This document shows positions 42,201 to 57,200 of a stretch of 64,000 nucleotides of DNA, piece by piece (position 1 is the first letter of the stretch; every line of letters starts with the position of its first letter). The stretch comes from Auanema rhodensis (Eukaryota; Animalia; Nematoda), in contig OZ059900.1 in assembly GCA_964057225.1 (NCBI GenBank), forward strand, positions 16,802,001 through 16,866,000, read 5' to 3'. The notes below the pieces were generated by a model that had not been told where the DNA came from, ran no database searches, and saw only the letters and a list, made by a program, of their open reading frames with translations. The position numbers and the translations under genes were made by a program.

Positions 42201-45200
42201 TGAACACATGAAATCGTAAGTCAAAACCTTGTTTACAGCGAAATTTCCAAAAACTGGTTTTCCAGCATGATAAAATATTTCTCATGGGAAATACTGTGTT
42301 TTTGTATTTTTCTAGTGTTCAGCATGTAAAATGCTTCATTTTAGTATGTAACACGCTGAAATTCGTTGCATTTGACGACTCATATGAACAAAAATCGATT
42401 TAATCAATATTAGCCATAAGGGGCGTGCCCTCAGAATATGCTAATTTCCTTAATTTTCTAACCCTTGTTTTTTTGTCGTGAAAGTGGAACTAGACGTTGT
42501 ACAAACAATTTTGAGCTAGGTTTCATTGACATTGCATGAGTTTGAACACATGAAATCGTAAGTCAAAACCTTGTTTACAGCGAAATTTCCAAAAACTGGT
42601 TTTCCAGCATGATAAAATATTTCTCATGGGAAATACTGTGTTTTTGTATTTTTCTAGTGTTCAGCATGTAAAATGCTTCATTTTAGTATGTAACACGCTG
42701 AAATTCGTTGCATTTGACGACTCATATGAACAAAAATCGATTTAATCAATATTAGCCATAAGGGGCGTGCCCTCAGAATATGCTAATTTCCTTAATTTTC
42801 TAACCCTTGTTTTTTTGTCGTGAAAGTGGAACTAGACGTTGTACGAACAATTTTGAGCTAGGTTTCATTGACATTGCATGAGTTTGAACACATGAAATCG
42901 TAAGTCAAAACCTTGTTTACAGCGAAATTTCGAAAAACTGGTTTTCCAGCATAATAAAATATTTCTCATGGAAAAACTGTGTTTTTGTATTCTTCTAGTG
43001 TTCAGCATGTGAAATGCTTCATTTTAGTGTGTAACACGCTGAAATTCGTTGCATTTGACGACTCATATGAACAAAAATCGATTTAATCAATATCAGCCAT
43101 AAGGGGCGTGCCCTCAGAATATGCTAATTTCCTTAATTTTCTAACCCCTGTTTTTTTGTCGTGAAAGTGGAACTAGACGTTGTACGAACAATTTTGAGCT
43201 AGGTTTCATTGACATTGCATGAGTTTGAACACATGAAATCGTAAGTCAAAACCTTGTTTACAGCGAAATTTCCAAAAACTGGTTTTCCAGCATAATAAAA
43301 TATTTCTCATGGGAAATACTGTGTTTTTGTATTTTTCTAGTGTTCAGCATGTAAAATGCTTCATTTTAGTATGTAACACGCTGAAATTCGTTGCATTTGA
43401 CGACTCATATGAACAAAAATCGATTTAATCAATATTAGCCATAAGGGGCGTGCCCTCAGAATATGCTAATTTCCTTAATTTTCTAACCCTTGTTTTTTTG
43501 TCGTGAAAGTGGAACTAGACGTTGTACAAACAATTTTGAGCTAGGTTTCATTGACATTGCATGAGTTTGAACACATGAAATCGTAAGTCAAAACCTTGTT
43601 TACAGCGAAATTTCCAAAAACTGGTTTTCCAGCATGATAAAATATTTCTCATGGGAAATACTGTGTTTTTGTATTTTTCTAGTGTTCAGCATGTAAAATG
43701 CTTCATTTTAGTATGTAACACGCTGAAATTCGTTGCATTTGACGACTCATATGAACAAAAATCGATTTAATCAATATTAGCCATAAGGGGCGTGCCCTCA
43801 GAATATGCTAATTTCCTTAATTTTCTAACCCCTGTTTTTTTGTCGTGAAAGTGGAACTAGACGTTGTACGAACAATTTTGAGCTAGGTTTCATTGACATT
43901 GCATGAGTTTGAACACATGAAATCGTAAGTCAAAACCTTGTTTACAGCGAAATTTCCAAAAACTGGTTTTCCAGCATAATAAAATATTTCTCATGGGAAA
44001 TACTGTGTTTTTGTATTTTTCTAGTGTTCAGCATGTAAAATGCTTCATTTTAGTATGTAACACGCTGAAATTCGTTGCATTTGACGACTCATATGAACAA
44101 AAATCGATTTAATCAATATTAGCCATAAGGGGCGTGCCCTCAGAATATGCTAATTTCCTTAATTTTCTAACCCTTGTTTTTTTGTCGTGAAAGTGGAACT
44201 AGACGTTGTACAAACAATTTTGAGCTAGGTTTCATTGACATTGCATGAGTTTGAACACATGAAATCGTAAGTCAAAACCTTGTTTACAGCGAAATTTCCA
44301 AAAACTGGTTTTCCAGCATGATAAAATATTTCTCATGGGAAATACTGTGTTTTTGTATTTTTCTAGTGTTCAGCATGTAAAATGCTTCATTTTAGTATGT
44401 AACACGCTGAAATTCGTTGCATTTGACGACTCATATGAACAAAAATCGATTTAATCAATATTAGCCATAAGGGGCGTGCCCTCAGAATATGCTAATTTCC
44501 TTAATTTTCTAACCCTTGTTTTTTTGTCGTGAAAGTGGAACTAGACGTTGTACAAACAATTTTGAGCTAGGTTTCATTGACATTGCATGAGTTTGAACAC
44601 ATGAAATCGTAAGTCAAAACCTTGTTTACAGCGAAATTTCCAAAAACTGGTTTTCCAGCATGATAAAATATTTCTCATGGGAAATACTGTGTTTTTGTAT
44701 TTTTCTAGTGTTCAGCATGTAAAATGCTTCATTTTAGTATGTAACACGCTGAAATTCGTTGCATTTGACGACTCATATGAACAAAAATCGATTTAATCAA
44801 TATTAGCCATAAGGGGCGTGCCCTCAGAATATGCTAATTTCCTTAATTTTCTAACCCTTGTTTTTTTGTCGTGAAAGTGGAACTAGACGTTGTACGAACA
44901 ATTTTGAGCTAGGTTTCATTGACATTGCATGAGTTTGAACACATGAAATCGTAAGTCAAAACCTTGTTTACAGCGAAATTTCGAAAAACTGGTTTTCCAG
45001 CATAATAAAATATTTCTCATGGAAAAACTGTGTTTTTGTATTCTTCTAGTGTTCAGCATGTGAAATGCTTCATTTTAGTGTGTAACACGCTGAAATTCGT
45101 TGCATTTGACGACTCATATGAACAAAAATCGATTTAATCAATATCAGCCATAAGGGGCGTGCCCTCAGAATATGCTAATTTCCTTAATTTTCTAACCCCT

Positions 45201-48200
45201 GTTTTTTTGTCGTGAAAGTGGAACTAGACGTTGTACGAACAATTTTGAGCTAGGTTTCATTGACATTGCATGAGTTTGAACACATGAAATCGTAAGTCAA
45301 AACCTTGTTTACAGCGAAATTTCCAAAAACTGGTTTTCCAGCATAATAAAATATTTCTCATGGGAAATACTGTGTTTTTGTATTTTTCTAGTGTTCAGCA
45401 TGTAAAATGCTTCATTTTAGTATGTAACACGCTGAAATTCGTTGCATTTGACGACTCATATGAACAAAAATCGATTTAATCAATATTAGCCATAAGGGGC
45501 GTGCCCTCAGAATATGCTAATTTCCTTAATTTTCTAACCCTTGTTTTTTTGTCGTGAAAGTGGAACTAGACGTTGTACAAACAATTTTGAGCTAGGTTTC
45601 ATTGACATTGCATGAGTTTGAACACATGAAATCGTAAGTCAAAACCTTGTTTACAGCGAAATTTCCAAAAACTGGTTTTCCAGCATGATAAAATATTTCT
45701 CATGGGAAATACTGTGTTTTTGTATTTTTCTAGTGTTCAGCATGTAAAATGCTTCATTTTAGTATGTAACACGCTGAAATTCGTTGCATTTGACGACTCA
45801 TATGAACAAAAATCGATTTAATCAATATTAGCCATAAGGGGCGTGCCCTCAGAATATGCTAATTTCCTTAATTTTCTAACCCCTGTTTTTTTGTCGTGAA
45901 AGTGGAACTAGACGTTGTACGAACAATTTTGAGCTAGGTTTCATTGACATTGCATGAGTTTGAACACATGAAATCGTAAGTCAAAACCTTGTTTACAGCG
46001 AAATTTCCAAAAACTGGTTTTCCAGCATAATAAAATATTTCTCATGGGAAATACTGTGTTTTTGTATTTTTCTAGTGTTCAGCATGTAAAATGCTTCATT
46101 TTAGTATGTAACACGCTGAAATTCGTTGCATTTGACGACTCATATGAACAAAAATCGATTTAATCAATATTAGCCATAAGGGGCGTGCCCTCAGAATATG
46201 CTAATTTCCTTAATTTTCTAACCCTTGTTTTTTTGTCGTGAAAGTGGAACTAGACGTTGTACGAACAATTTTGAGCTAGGTTTCATTGACATTGCATGAG
46301 TTTGAACACATGAAATCGTAAGTCAAAACCTTGTTTACAGCGAAATTTCGAAAAACTGGTTTTCCAGCATAATAAAATATTTCTCATAGGAAATACTGTG
46401 TTTTGTATTCTTCTAGTGTTCAGCATGTGAAATGCTTCATTTTAGTGTGTAACACGCTGAAATTCGTTGCATTTGACGACTCATATGAACAAAAATCGAT
46501 TTAATCAATATTAGCCATAAGGGGCGTGCCCTCAGAATATGCTAATTTCCTTAATTTTCTAACCCCTGTTTTTTTGTCGTGAAAGTGGAACTAGACGTTG
46601 TACGAACAATTTTGAGCTAGGTTTCATTGACATTGCATGAGTTTGAACACATGAAATCGTAAGTCAAAACCTTGTTTACAGCGAAATTTCCAAAAACTGG
46701 TTTTCCAGCATAATAAAATATTTCTCATGGGAAATACTGTGTTTTTGTATTTTTCTAGTGTTCAGCATGTAAAATGCTTCATTTTAGTATGTAACACGCT
46801 GAAATTCGTTGCATTTGACGACTCATATGAACAAAAATCGATTTAATCAATATTAGCCATAAGGGGCGTGCCCTCAGAATATGCTAATTTCCTTAATTTT
46901 CTAACCCTTGTTTTTTTGTCGTGAAAGTGGAACTAGACGTTGTACAAACAATTTTGAGCTAGGTTTCATTGACATTGCATGAGTTTGAACACATGAAATC
47001 GTAAGTCAAAACCTTGTTTACAGCGAAATTTCCAAAAACTGGTTTTCCAGCATGATAAAATATTTCTCATGGGAAATACTGTGTTTTTGTATTTTTCTAG
47101 TGTTCAGCATGTAAAATGCTTCATTTTAGTATGTAACACGCTGAAATTCGTTGCATTTGACGACTCATATGAACAAAAATCGATTTAATCAATATTAGCC
47201 ATAAGGGGCGTGCCCTCAGAATATGCTAATTTCTTTAATTTTCTAACCCCTGTTTTTTTGTCGTGAAAGTGGAACTAGACGTTGTACGAACAATTTTGAG
47301 CTAGGTTTCATTGACATTGCATGAGTTTGAACACATGAAATCGTAAGTCAAAACCTTGTTTACAGCGAAATTTCCAAAAACTGGTTTTCCAGCATAATAA
47401 AATATTTCTCATGGGAAATACTGTGTTTTTGTATTCTTCTAGTGTTCAGCATGTAAAATGCTTCATTTTAGTATGTAACACGCTGAAATTCGTTGCATTT
47501 GACGACTCATATGAACAAAAATCGATTTAATCAATATTAGCCATAAGGGGCGTGCCCTCAGAATATGCTAATTTCCTTAATTTTCTAACCCCTGTTTTTT
47601 TGTCGTGAAAGTGGAACTAGACGTTGTACGAACAATTTTGAGCTAGGTTTCATTGACATTGCATGAGTTTGAACACATGAAATCGTAAGTCAAAACCTTG
47701 TTTACAGCGAAATTTCCACAAACTGGTTTTCCAGCATGATAAAATATTTCTCATGGGAAATACTGTGTTTTTGTATTCTTCTAGTGTTCAGCATGTAAAA
47801 TGCTTCATTTTAGTATGTAACACGCTGAAATTCGTTGCATTTGACGACTCATATGAACAAAAATCGATTTAATCAATATTAGCCATAAGGGGCGTGCCCT
47901 CAGAATATGCTAATTTCCTTAATTTTCTAACCCCTGTTTTTTTGTCGTGAAAGTGGAACTAGACGTTGTACGAACAATTTTGAGCTAGGTTTCATTGACA
48001 TTGCATGAGTTTGAACACATGAAATCGTAAGTCAAAACCTTGTTTACAGCGAAATTTCCAAAAACTGGTTTTCCAGCATAATAAAATATTTCTCATGGGA
48101 AATACTGTGTTTTTGTATTTTTCTAGTGTTCAGCATGTAAAATGCTTCATTTTAGTATGTAACACGCTGAAATTCGTTGCATTTGACGACTCATATGAAC

Positions 48201-51200
48201 AAAAATCGATTTAATCAATATTAGCCATAAGGGGCGTGCCCTCAGAATATGCTAATTTCCTTAATTTTCTAACCCCTGTTTTTTTGTCGTGAAAGTGGAA
48301 CTAGACGTTGTACGAACAATTTTGAGCTAGGTTTCATTGACATTGCATGAGTTTGAACACATGAAATCGTAAGTCAAAACCTTGTTTACAGCGAAATTTC
48401 CAAAAACTGGTTTTCCAGCATAATAAAATATTTCTCATGGGAAATACTGTGTTTTTGTATTTTTCTAGTGTTCAGCATGTAAAATGCTTCATTTTAGTAT
48501 GTAACACGCTGAAATTCGTTGCATTTGACGACTCATATGAACAAAAATCGATTTAATCAATATTAGCCATAAGGGGCGTGCCCTCAGAATATGCTAATTT
48601 CCTTAATTTTCTAACCCCTGTTTTTTTGTCGTGAAAGTGGAACTAGACGTTGTACGAACAATTTTGAGCTAGGTTTCATTGACATTGCATGAGTTTGAAC
48701 ACATGAAATCGTAAGTCAAAACCTTGTTTACAGCGAAATTTCCAAAAACTGGTTTTCCAGCATAATAAAATATTTCTCATGGGAAATACTGTGTTTTTGT
48801 ATTCTTCTAGTGTTCAGCATGTGAAATGCTTCATTTTAGTGTGTAACACGCTGAAATTCGTTGCATTTGACGACTCATATGAACAAAAATCGATTTAATC
48901 AATATTAGCCATAAGGGGCGTGCCCTCAGAATATGCTAATTTCCTTAATTTTCTAACCCCTGTTTTTTTGTCGTGAAAGTGGAACTAGACGTTGTACGAA
49001 CAATTTTGAGCTAGGTTTCATTGACATTGCATGAGTTTGAACACATGAAATCGTAAGTCAAAACCTTGTTTACAGCGAAATTTCCACAAACTGGTTTTCC
49101 AGCATAATAAAATATTTCTCATGGGAAATACTGTGTTTTTGTATTCTTCTAGTGTTCAGCATGTAAAATGCTTCATTTTAGTATGTAACACGCTGAAATT
49201 CGTTGCATTTGACGACTCATATGAACAAAAATCGATTTAATCAATATTAGCCATAAGGGGCGTGCCCTCAGAATATGCTAATTTCCTTAATTTTCTAACC
49301 CCTGTTTTTTTGTCGTGAAAGTGGAACTAGACGTTGTACGAACAATTTTGAGCTAGGTTTCATTGACATTGCATGAGTTTGAACACATGAAATCGTAAGT
49401 CAAAACCTTGTTTACAGCGAAATTTCCAAAAACTGGTTTTCCAGCATAATAAAACATTTCTCATGGGAAATACTGTGTTTTTGTATTTTTCTAGTGTTCA
49501 GCATGTAAAATGCTTCATTTTAGTATGTAACACGCTGAAATTCGTTGCATTTGACGACTCATATGAACAAAAATCGATTTAATCAATATTAGCCATAAGG
49601 GGCGTGCCCTCAGAATATGCTAATTTCCTTAATTTTCTAACCCTTGTTTTTTTGTCGTGAAAGTGGAACTAGACGTTGTACGAACAATTTTGAGCTAGGT
49701 TTCATTGACATTGCATGAGTTTGAACACATGAAATCGTAAGTCAAAACCTTGTTTACAGCGAAATTTCGAAAAACTGGTTTTCCAGCATAATAAAATATT
49801 TCTCATGGGAAATACTGTGTTTTTGTATTCTTCTAGTGTTCAGCATGTGAAATGCTTCATTTTAGTGTGTAACACGCTGAAATTCGTTGCATTTGACGAC
49901 TCATATGAACAAAAATCGATTTAATCAATATTAGCCATAAGGGGCGTGCCCTCAGAATATGCTAATTTCCTTAATTTTCTAACCCCTGTTTTTTTGTCGT
50001 GAAAGTGGAACTAGACGTTGTACGAACAATTTTGAGCTAGGTTTCATTGACATTGCATGAGTTTGAACACATGAAATCGTAAGTCAAAACCTTGTTTACA
50101 GCGAAATTTCCAAAAACTGGTTTTCCAGCATAATAAAATATTTCTCATGGGAAATACTGTGTTTTTGTATTCTTCTAGTGTTCAGCATGTGAAATGCTTC
50201 ATTTTAGTGTGTAACACGCTGAAATTCGTTGCATTTGACGACTCATATGAACAAAAATCGATTTAATCAATATTAGCCATAAGGGGCGTGCCCTCAGAAT
50301 ATGCTAATTTCCTTAATTTTCTAACCCCTGTTTTTTTGTCGTGAAAGTGGAACTAGACGTTGTACGAACAATTTTGAGCTAGGTTTCATTGACATTGCAT
50401 GAGTTTGAACACATGAAATCGTAAGTCAAAACCTTGTTTACAGCGAAATTTCCACAAACTGGTTTTCCAGCATAATAAAATATTTCTCATGGGAAATACT
50501 GTGTTTTTGTATTCTTCTAGTGTTCAGCATGTAAAATGCTTCATTTTAGTATGTAACACGCTGAAATTCGTTGCATTTGACGACTCATATGAACAAAAAT
50601 CGATTTAATCAATATTAGCCATAAGAGGCGTGCCCTCAGAATATGCTAATTTCCTTAATTTTCTAACCCCTGTTTTTTTGTCGTGAAAGTGGAACTAGAC
50701 GTTGTAGGAACAATTTTGAGCTAGGTTTCATTGACATTGCATGAGTTTGAACACATGAAATCGTAAGTCAAAAACTTGTTTACAGCGAAATTTCCAAAAA
50801 CTGGTTTTCCAGCATAATAAAATATTTCTCATGGGAAATACTGTGTTTTTGTATTTTTCTAGTGTTCAGCATGTGAAATGCTTCATTGTATGTAACACGC
50901 TGAAATTCGTTGCATTTGACGACTCATATGAACAAAAATCGATTTAATCAATATTAGCCATAAGGGGCGTGCCCTCAGAATATGCTAATTTCCTTAATTT
51001 TCTAACCCCTGTTTTTTTGTCGTGAAAGTGGAACTAGACGTTGTACGAACAATTTTGAGCTAGGTTTCATTGACATTGCATGAGTTTGAACACATGAAAT
51101 CGTAAGTCAAAACCTTGTTTACAGCGAAATTTCCAAAAACTGGTTTTCCAGCATAATAAAACATTTCTCATGGGAAATACTGTGTTTTTGTATTTTTCTA

Positions 51201-54200
51201 GTGTTCAGCATGTAAAATGCTTCATTTTAGTATGTAACACGCTGAAATTCGTTGCATTTGACGACTCATATGAACAAAAATCGATTTAATCAATATTAGC
51301 CATAAGGGGCGTGCCCTCAGAATATGCTAATTTCCTTAATTTTCTAACCCTTGTTTTTTTGTCGTGAAAGTGGAACTAGACGTTGTACGAACAATTTTGA
51401 GCTAGGTTTCATTGACATTGCATGAGTTTGAACACATGAAATCGTAAGTCAAAACCTTGTTTACAGCGAAATTTCGAAAAACTGGTTTTCCAGCATAATA
51501 AAATATTTCTCATGGGAAATACTGTGTTTTTGTATTCTTCTAGTGTTCAGCATGTGAAATGCTTCATTTTAGTGTGTAACACGCTGAAATTCGTTGCATT
51601 TGACGACTCATATGAACAAAAATCGATTTAATCAATATTAGCCATAAGGGGCGTGCCCTCAGAATATGCTAATTTCCTTAATTTTCTAACCCCTGTTTTT
51701 TTGTCGTGAAAGTGGAACTAGACGTTGTACGAACAATTTTGAGCTAGGTTTCATTGACATTGCATGAGTTTGAACACATGAAATCGTAAGTCAAAACCTT
51801 GTTTACAGCGAAATTTCCAAAAACTGGTTTTCCAGCATAATAAAATATTTCTCATGGGAAATACTGTGTTTTTGTATTTTTCTAGTGTTCAGCATGTAAA
51901 ATGCTTCATTTTAGTATGTAACACGCTGAAATTCGTTGCACTTGACGACTCATATGAACAAAAATCGATTTAATCAATATTAGCCATAAGGGGCGTGCCC
52001 TCAGAATATGCTAATTTCCTTAATTTTCTAACCCTTGTTTTTTTGTCGTGAAAGTGGAACTAGACGTTGTACAAACAATTTTGAGCTAGGTTTCATTGAC
52101 ATTGCATGAGTTTGAACACATGAAATCGTAAGTCAAAACCTTGTTTACAGCGAAATTTCCAAAAACTGGTTTTCCAGCATGATAAAATATTTCTCATGGG
52201 AAATACTGTGTTTTTGTATTTTTCTAGTGTTCAGCATGTAAAATGCTTCATTTTAGTATGTAACACGCTGAAATTCGTTGCATTTGACGACTCATATGAA
52301 CAAAAATCGATTTAATCAATATTAGCCATAAGGGGCGTGCCCTCAGAATATGCTAATTTCCTTAATTTTCTAACCCCTGTTTTTTTGTCGTGAAAGTGGA
52401 ACTAGACGTTGTACGAACAATTTTGAGCTAGGTTTCATTGACATTGCATGAGTTTGAACACATGAAATCGTAAGTCAAAACCTTGTTTACAGCGAAATTT
52501 CCACAAACTGGTTTTCCAGCATAATAAAATATTTCTCATGGGAAATACTGTGTTTTTGTATTCTTCTAGTGTTCAGCATGTAAAATGCTTCATTTTAGTA
52601 TGTAACACGCTGAAATTCGTTGCATTTGACGACTCATATGAACAAAAATCGATTTAATCAATATTAGCCATAAGGGGCGTGCCCTCAGAATATGCTAATT
52701 TCCTTAATTTTCTAACCCCTGTTTTTTTGTCGTGAAAGTGGAACTAGACGTTGTACGAACAATTTTGAGCTAGGTTTCATTGACATTGCATGAGTTTGAA
52801 CACATGAAATCGTAAGTCAAAACCTTGTTTACAGCGAAATTTCCAAAAACTGGTTTTCCAGCATAATAAAATATTTATCATGGGAAATACTGTGTTTTTG
52901 TATTTTTCTAGTGTTCAGCATGTAAAATGCTTCATTTTAGTATGTAACACGCTGAAATTCGTTGCATTTGACGACTCATATGAACAAAAATCGATTTAAT
53001 CAATATTAGCCATAAGGGGCGTGCCCTCAGAATATGCTAATTTCCTTAATTTTCTAACCCTTGTTTTTTTGTCGTGAAAGTGGAACTAGACGTTGTACGA
53101 ACAATTTTGAGCTAGGTTTCATTGACATTGCATGAGTTTGAACACATGAAATCGTAAGTCAAAACCTTGTTTACAGCGAAATTTCCACAAACTGGTTTTC
53201 CAGCATAATAAAATATTTCTCATGGGAAATACTGTGTTTTTGTATTCTTCTAGTGTTCAGCATGTGAAATGCTTCATTTTAGTGTGTAACACGCTGAAAT
53301 TCGTTGCATTTGACGACTCATATGAACAAAAATCGATTTAATCAATATTAGCCATAAGGGGCGTGCCCTCAGAATATGCTAATTTCCTTAATTTTCTAAC
53401 CCCTGTTTTTTTGTCGTGAAAGTGGAACTAGACGTTGTACAAACAATTTTGAGCTAGGTTTCATTGACATTGCATGAGTTTGAACACATGAAATCGTAAG
53501 TCAAAACCTTGTTTACAGCGAAATTTCCAAAAACTGGTTTTCCAGCATAATAAAATATTTCTCATGGGAAATACTGTGTTTTTGTATTTTTCTAGTGTTC
53601 AGCATGTAAAATGCTTCATTTTAGTATGTAACACGCTGAAATTCGTTGCATTTGACGACTCATATGAACAAAAATCGATTTAATCAATATTAGCCATAAG
53701 GGGCGTGCCCTCAGAATATGCTAATTTCCTTAATTTTCTAACCCTTGTTTTTTTGTCGTGAAAGTGGAACTAGACGTTGTACAAACAATTTTGAGCTAGG
53801 TTTCATTGACATTGCATGAGTTTGAACACATGAAATCGTAAGTCAAAACCTTGTTTACAGCGAAATTTCCAAAAACTGGTTTTCCAGCATGATAAAATAT
53901 TTCTCATGGGAAATACTGTGTTTTTGTATTTTTCTAGTGTTCAGCATGTAAAATGCTTCATTTTAGTATGTAACACGCTGAAATTCGTTGCATTTGACGA
54001 CTCATATGAACAAAAATCGATTTAATCAATATTAGCCATAAGGGGCGTGCCCTCAGAATATGCTAATTTCCTTAATTTTCTAACCCCTGTTTTTTTGTCG
54101 TGAAAGTGGAACTAGACGTTGTACGAACAATTTTGAGCTAGGTTTCATTGACATTGCATGAGTTTGAACACATGAAATCGTAAGTCAAAACCTTGTTTAC

Positions 54201-57200
54201 AGCGAAATTTCCACAAACTGGTTTTCCAGCATAATAAAATATTTCTCATGGGAAATACTGTGTTTTTGTATTCTTCTAGTGTTCAGCATGTGAAATGCTT
54301 CATTTTAGTGTGTAACACGCTGAAATTCGTTGCATTTGACGACTCATATGAACAAAAATCGATTTAATCAATATTAGCCATAAGGGGCGTGCCCTCAGAA
54401 TATGCTAATTTCCTTAATTTTCTAACCCCCGTTTTTTTGTCGTGAAAGTGGAACTAGACGTTGTACGAACAATTTTGAGCTAGGTTTCATTGACATTGCA
54501 TGAGTTTGAACACATGAAATCGTAAGTCAAAACCTTGTTTACAGCGAAATTTCCAAAAACTGGTTTTCCAGCATGATAAAATATTTCTCATGGGAAATAC
54601 TGTGTTTTTGTATTCTTCTAGTGTTCAGCATGTGAAATGCTTCATTTTAGTGTGTAACACGCTGAAATTCGTTGCATTTGACGACTCATATGAACAAAAA
54701 TCGATTTAATCAATATTAGCCATAAGGGGCGTGCCCTCAGAATATGCTAATTTCCTTAATTTTCTAACCCCTGTTTTTTTGTCGTGAAAGTGGAACTAGA
54801 CGTTGTACAAACAATTTTGAGCTAGGTTTCATTGACATTGCATGAGTTTGAACACATGAAATCGTAAGTCAAAACCTTGTTTACAGCGAAATTTCCAAAA
54901 ACTGGTTTTCCAGCATAATAAAATATTTCTCATGGGAAATACTGTGTTTTTGTATTCTTCTAGTGTTCAGCATGTGAAATGCTTCATTTTAGTGTGTAAC
55001 ACGCTGAAATTCGTTGCATTTGACGACTCATATGAACAAAAATCGATTTAATCAATATTAGCCATAAGGGGCGTGCCCTCAGAATATGCTAATTTCCTTA
55101 ATTTTCTAACCCCTGTTTTTTTGTCGTGAAAGTGGAACTAGACGTTGTACAAACAATTTTGAGCTAGGTTTCATTGACATTGCATGAGTTTGAACACATG
55201 AAATCGTAAGTCAAAACCTTGTTTACAGCGAAATTTCCAAAAACTGGTTTTCCAGCATAATAAAATATTTCTCATGGGAAATACTGTGTTTTTGTATTTT
55301 TCTAGTGTTCAGCATGTAAAATGCTTCATTTTAGTATGTAACACGCTGAAATTCGTTGCATTTGACGACTCATATGAACAAAAATCGATTTAATCAATAT
55401 TAGCCATAAGGGGCGTGCCCTCAGAATATGCTAATTTCCTTAATTTTCTAACCCTTGTTTTTTTGTCGTGAAAGTGGAACTAGACGTTGTACAAACAATT
55501 TTGAGCTAGGTTTCATTGACATTGCATGAGTTTGAACACATGAAATCGTAAGTCAAAACCTTGTTTACAGCGAAATTTCCACAAACTGGTTTTCCAGCAT
55601 AATAAAATATTTCTCATGGGAAATACTGTGTTTTTGTATTCTTCTAGTGTTCAGCATGTGAAATGCTTCATTTTAGTGTGTAACACGCTGAAATTCGTTG
55701 CATTTGACGACTCATATGAACAAAAATCGATTTAATCAATATTAGCCATAAGGGGCGTGCCCTCAGAATATGCTAATTTCCTTAATTTTCTAACCCCCGT
55801 TTTTTTGTCGTGAAAGTGGAACTAGACGTTGTACGAACAATTTTGAGCTAGGTTTCATTGACATTGCATGAGTTTGAACACATGAAATCGTAAGTCAAAA
55901 CCTTGTTTACAGCGAAATTTCCAAAAACTGGTTTTCCAGCATGATAAAATATTTCTCATGGGAAATACTGTGTTTTTGTATTCTTCTAGTGTTCAGCATG
56001 TGAAATGCTTCATTTTAGTGTGTAACACGCTGAAATTCGTTGCATTTGACGACTCATATGAACAAAAATCGATTTAATCAATATTAGCCATAAGGGGCGT
56101 GCCCTCAGAATATGCTAATTTCCTTAATTTTCTAACCCCTGTTTTTTTGTCGTGAAAGTGGAACTAGACGTTGTACAAACAATTTTGAGCTAGGTTTCAT
56201 TGACATTGCATGAGTTTGAACACATGAAATCGTAAGTCAAAACCTTGTTTACAGCGAAATTTCCAAAAACTGGTTTTCCAGCATAATAAAATATTTCTCA
56301 TGGGAAATACTGTGTTTTTGTATTCTTCTAGTGTTCAGCATGTGAAATGCTTCATTTTAGTGTGTAACACGCTGAAATTCGTTGCATTTGACGACTCATA
56401 TGAACAAAAATCGATTTAATCAATATTAGCCATAAGGGGCGTGCCCTCAGAATATGCTAATTTCCTTAATTTTCTAACCCCTGTTTTTTTGTCGTGAAAG
56501 TGGAACTAGACGTTGTACAAACAATTTTGAGCTAGGTTTCATTGACATTGCATGAGTTTGAACACATGAAATCGTAAGTCAAAACCTTGTTTACAGCGAA
56601 ATTTCCAAAAACTGGTTTTCCAGCATAATAAAATATTTCTCATGGGAAATACTGTGTTTTTGTATTTTTCTAGTGTTCAGCATGTAAAATGCTTCATTTT
56701 AGTATGTAACACGCTGAAATTCGTTGCATTTGACGACTCATATGAACAAAAATCGATTTAATCAATATTAGCCATAAGGGGCGTGCCCTCAGAATATGCT
56801 AATTTCCTTAATTTTCTAACCCTTGTTTTTTTGTCGTGAAAGTGGAACTAGACGTTGTACAAACAATTTTGAGCTAGGTTTCATTGACATTGCATGAGTT
56901 TGAACACATGAAATCGTAAGTCAAAACCTTGTTTACAGCGAAATTTCCAAAAACTGGTTTTCCAGCATGATAAAATATTTCTCATGGGAAATACTGTGTT
57001 TTTGTATTTTTCTAGTGTTCAGCATGTAAAATGCTTCATTTTAGTATGTAACACGCTGAAATTCGTTGCATTTGACGACTCATATGAACAAAAATCGATT
57101 TAATCAATATTAGCCATAAGGGGCGTGCCCTCAGAATATGCTAATTTCCTTAATTTTCTAACCCCTGTTTTTTTGTCGTGAAAGTGGAACTAGACGTTGT

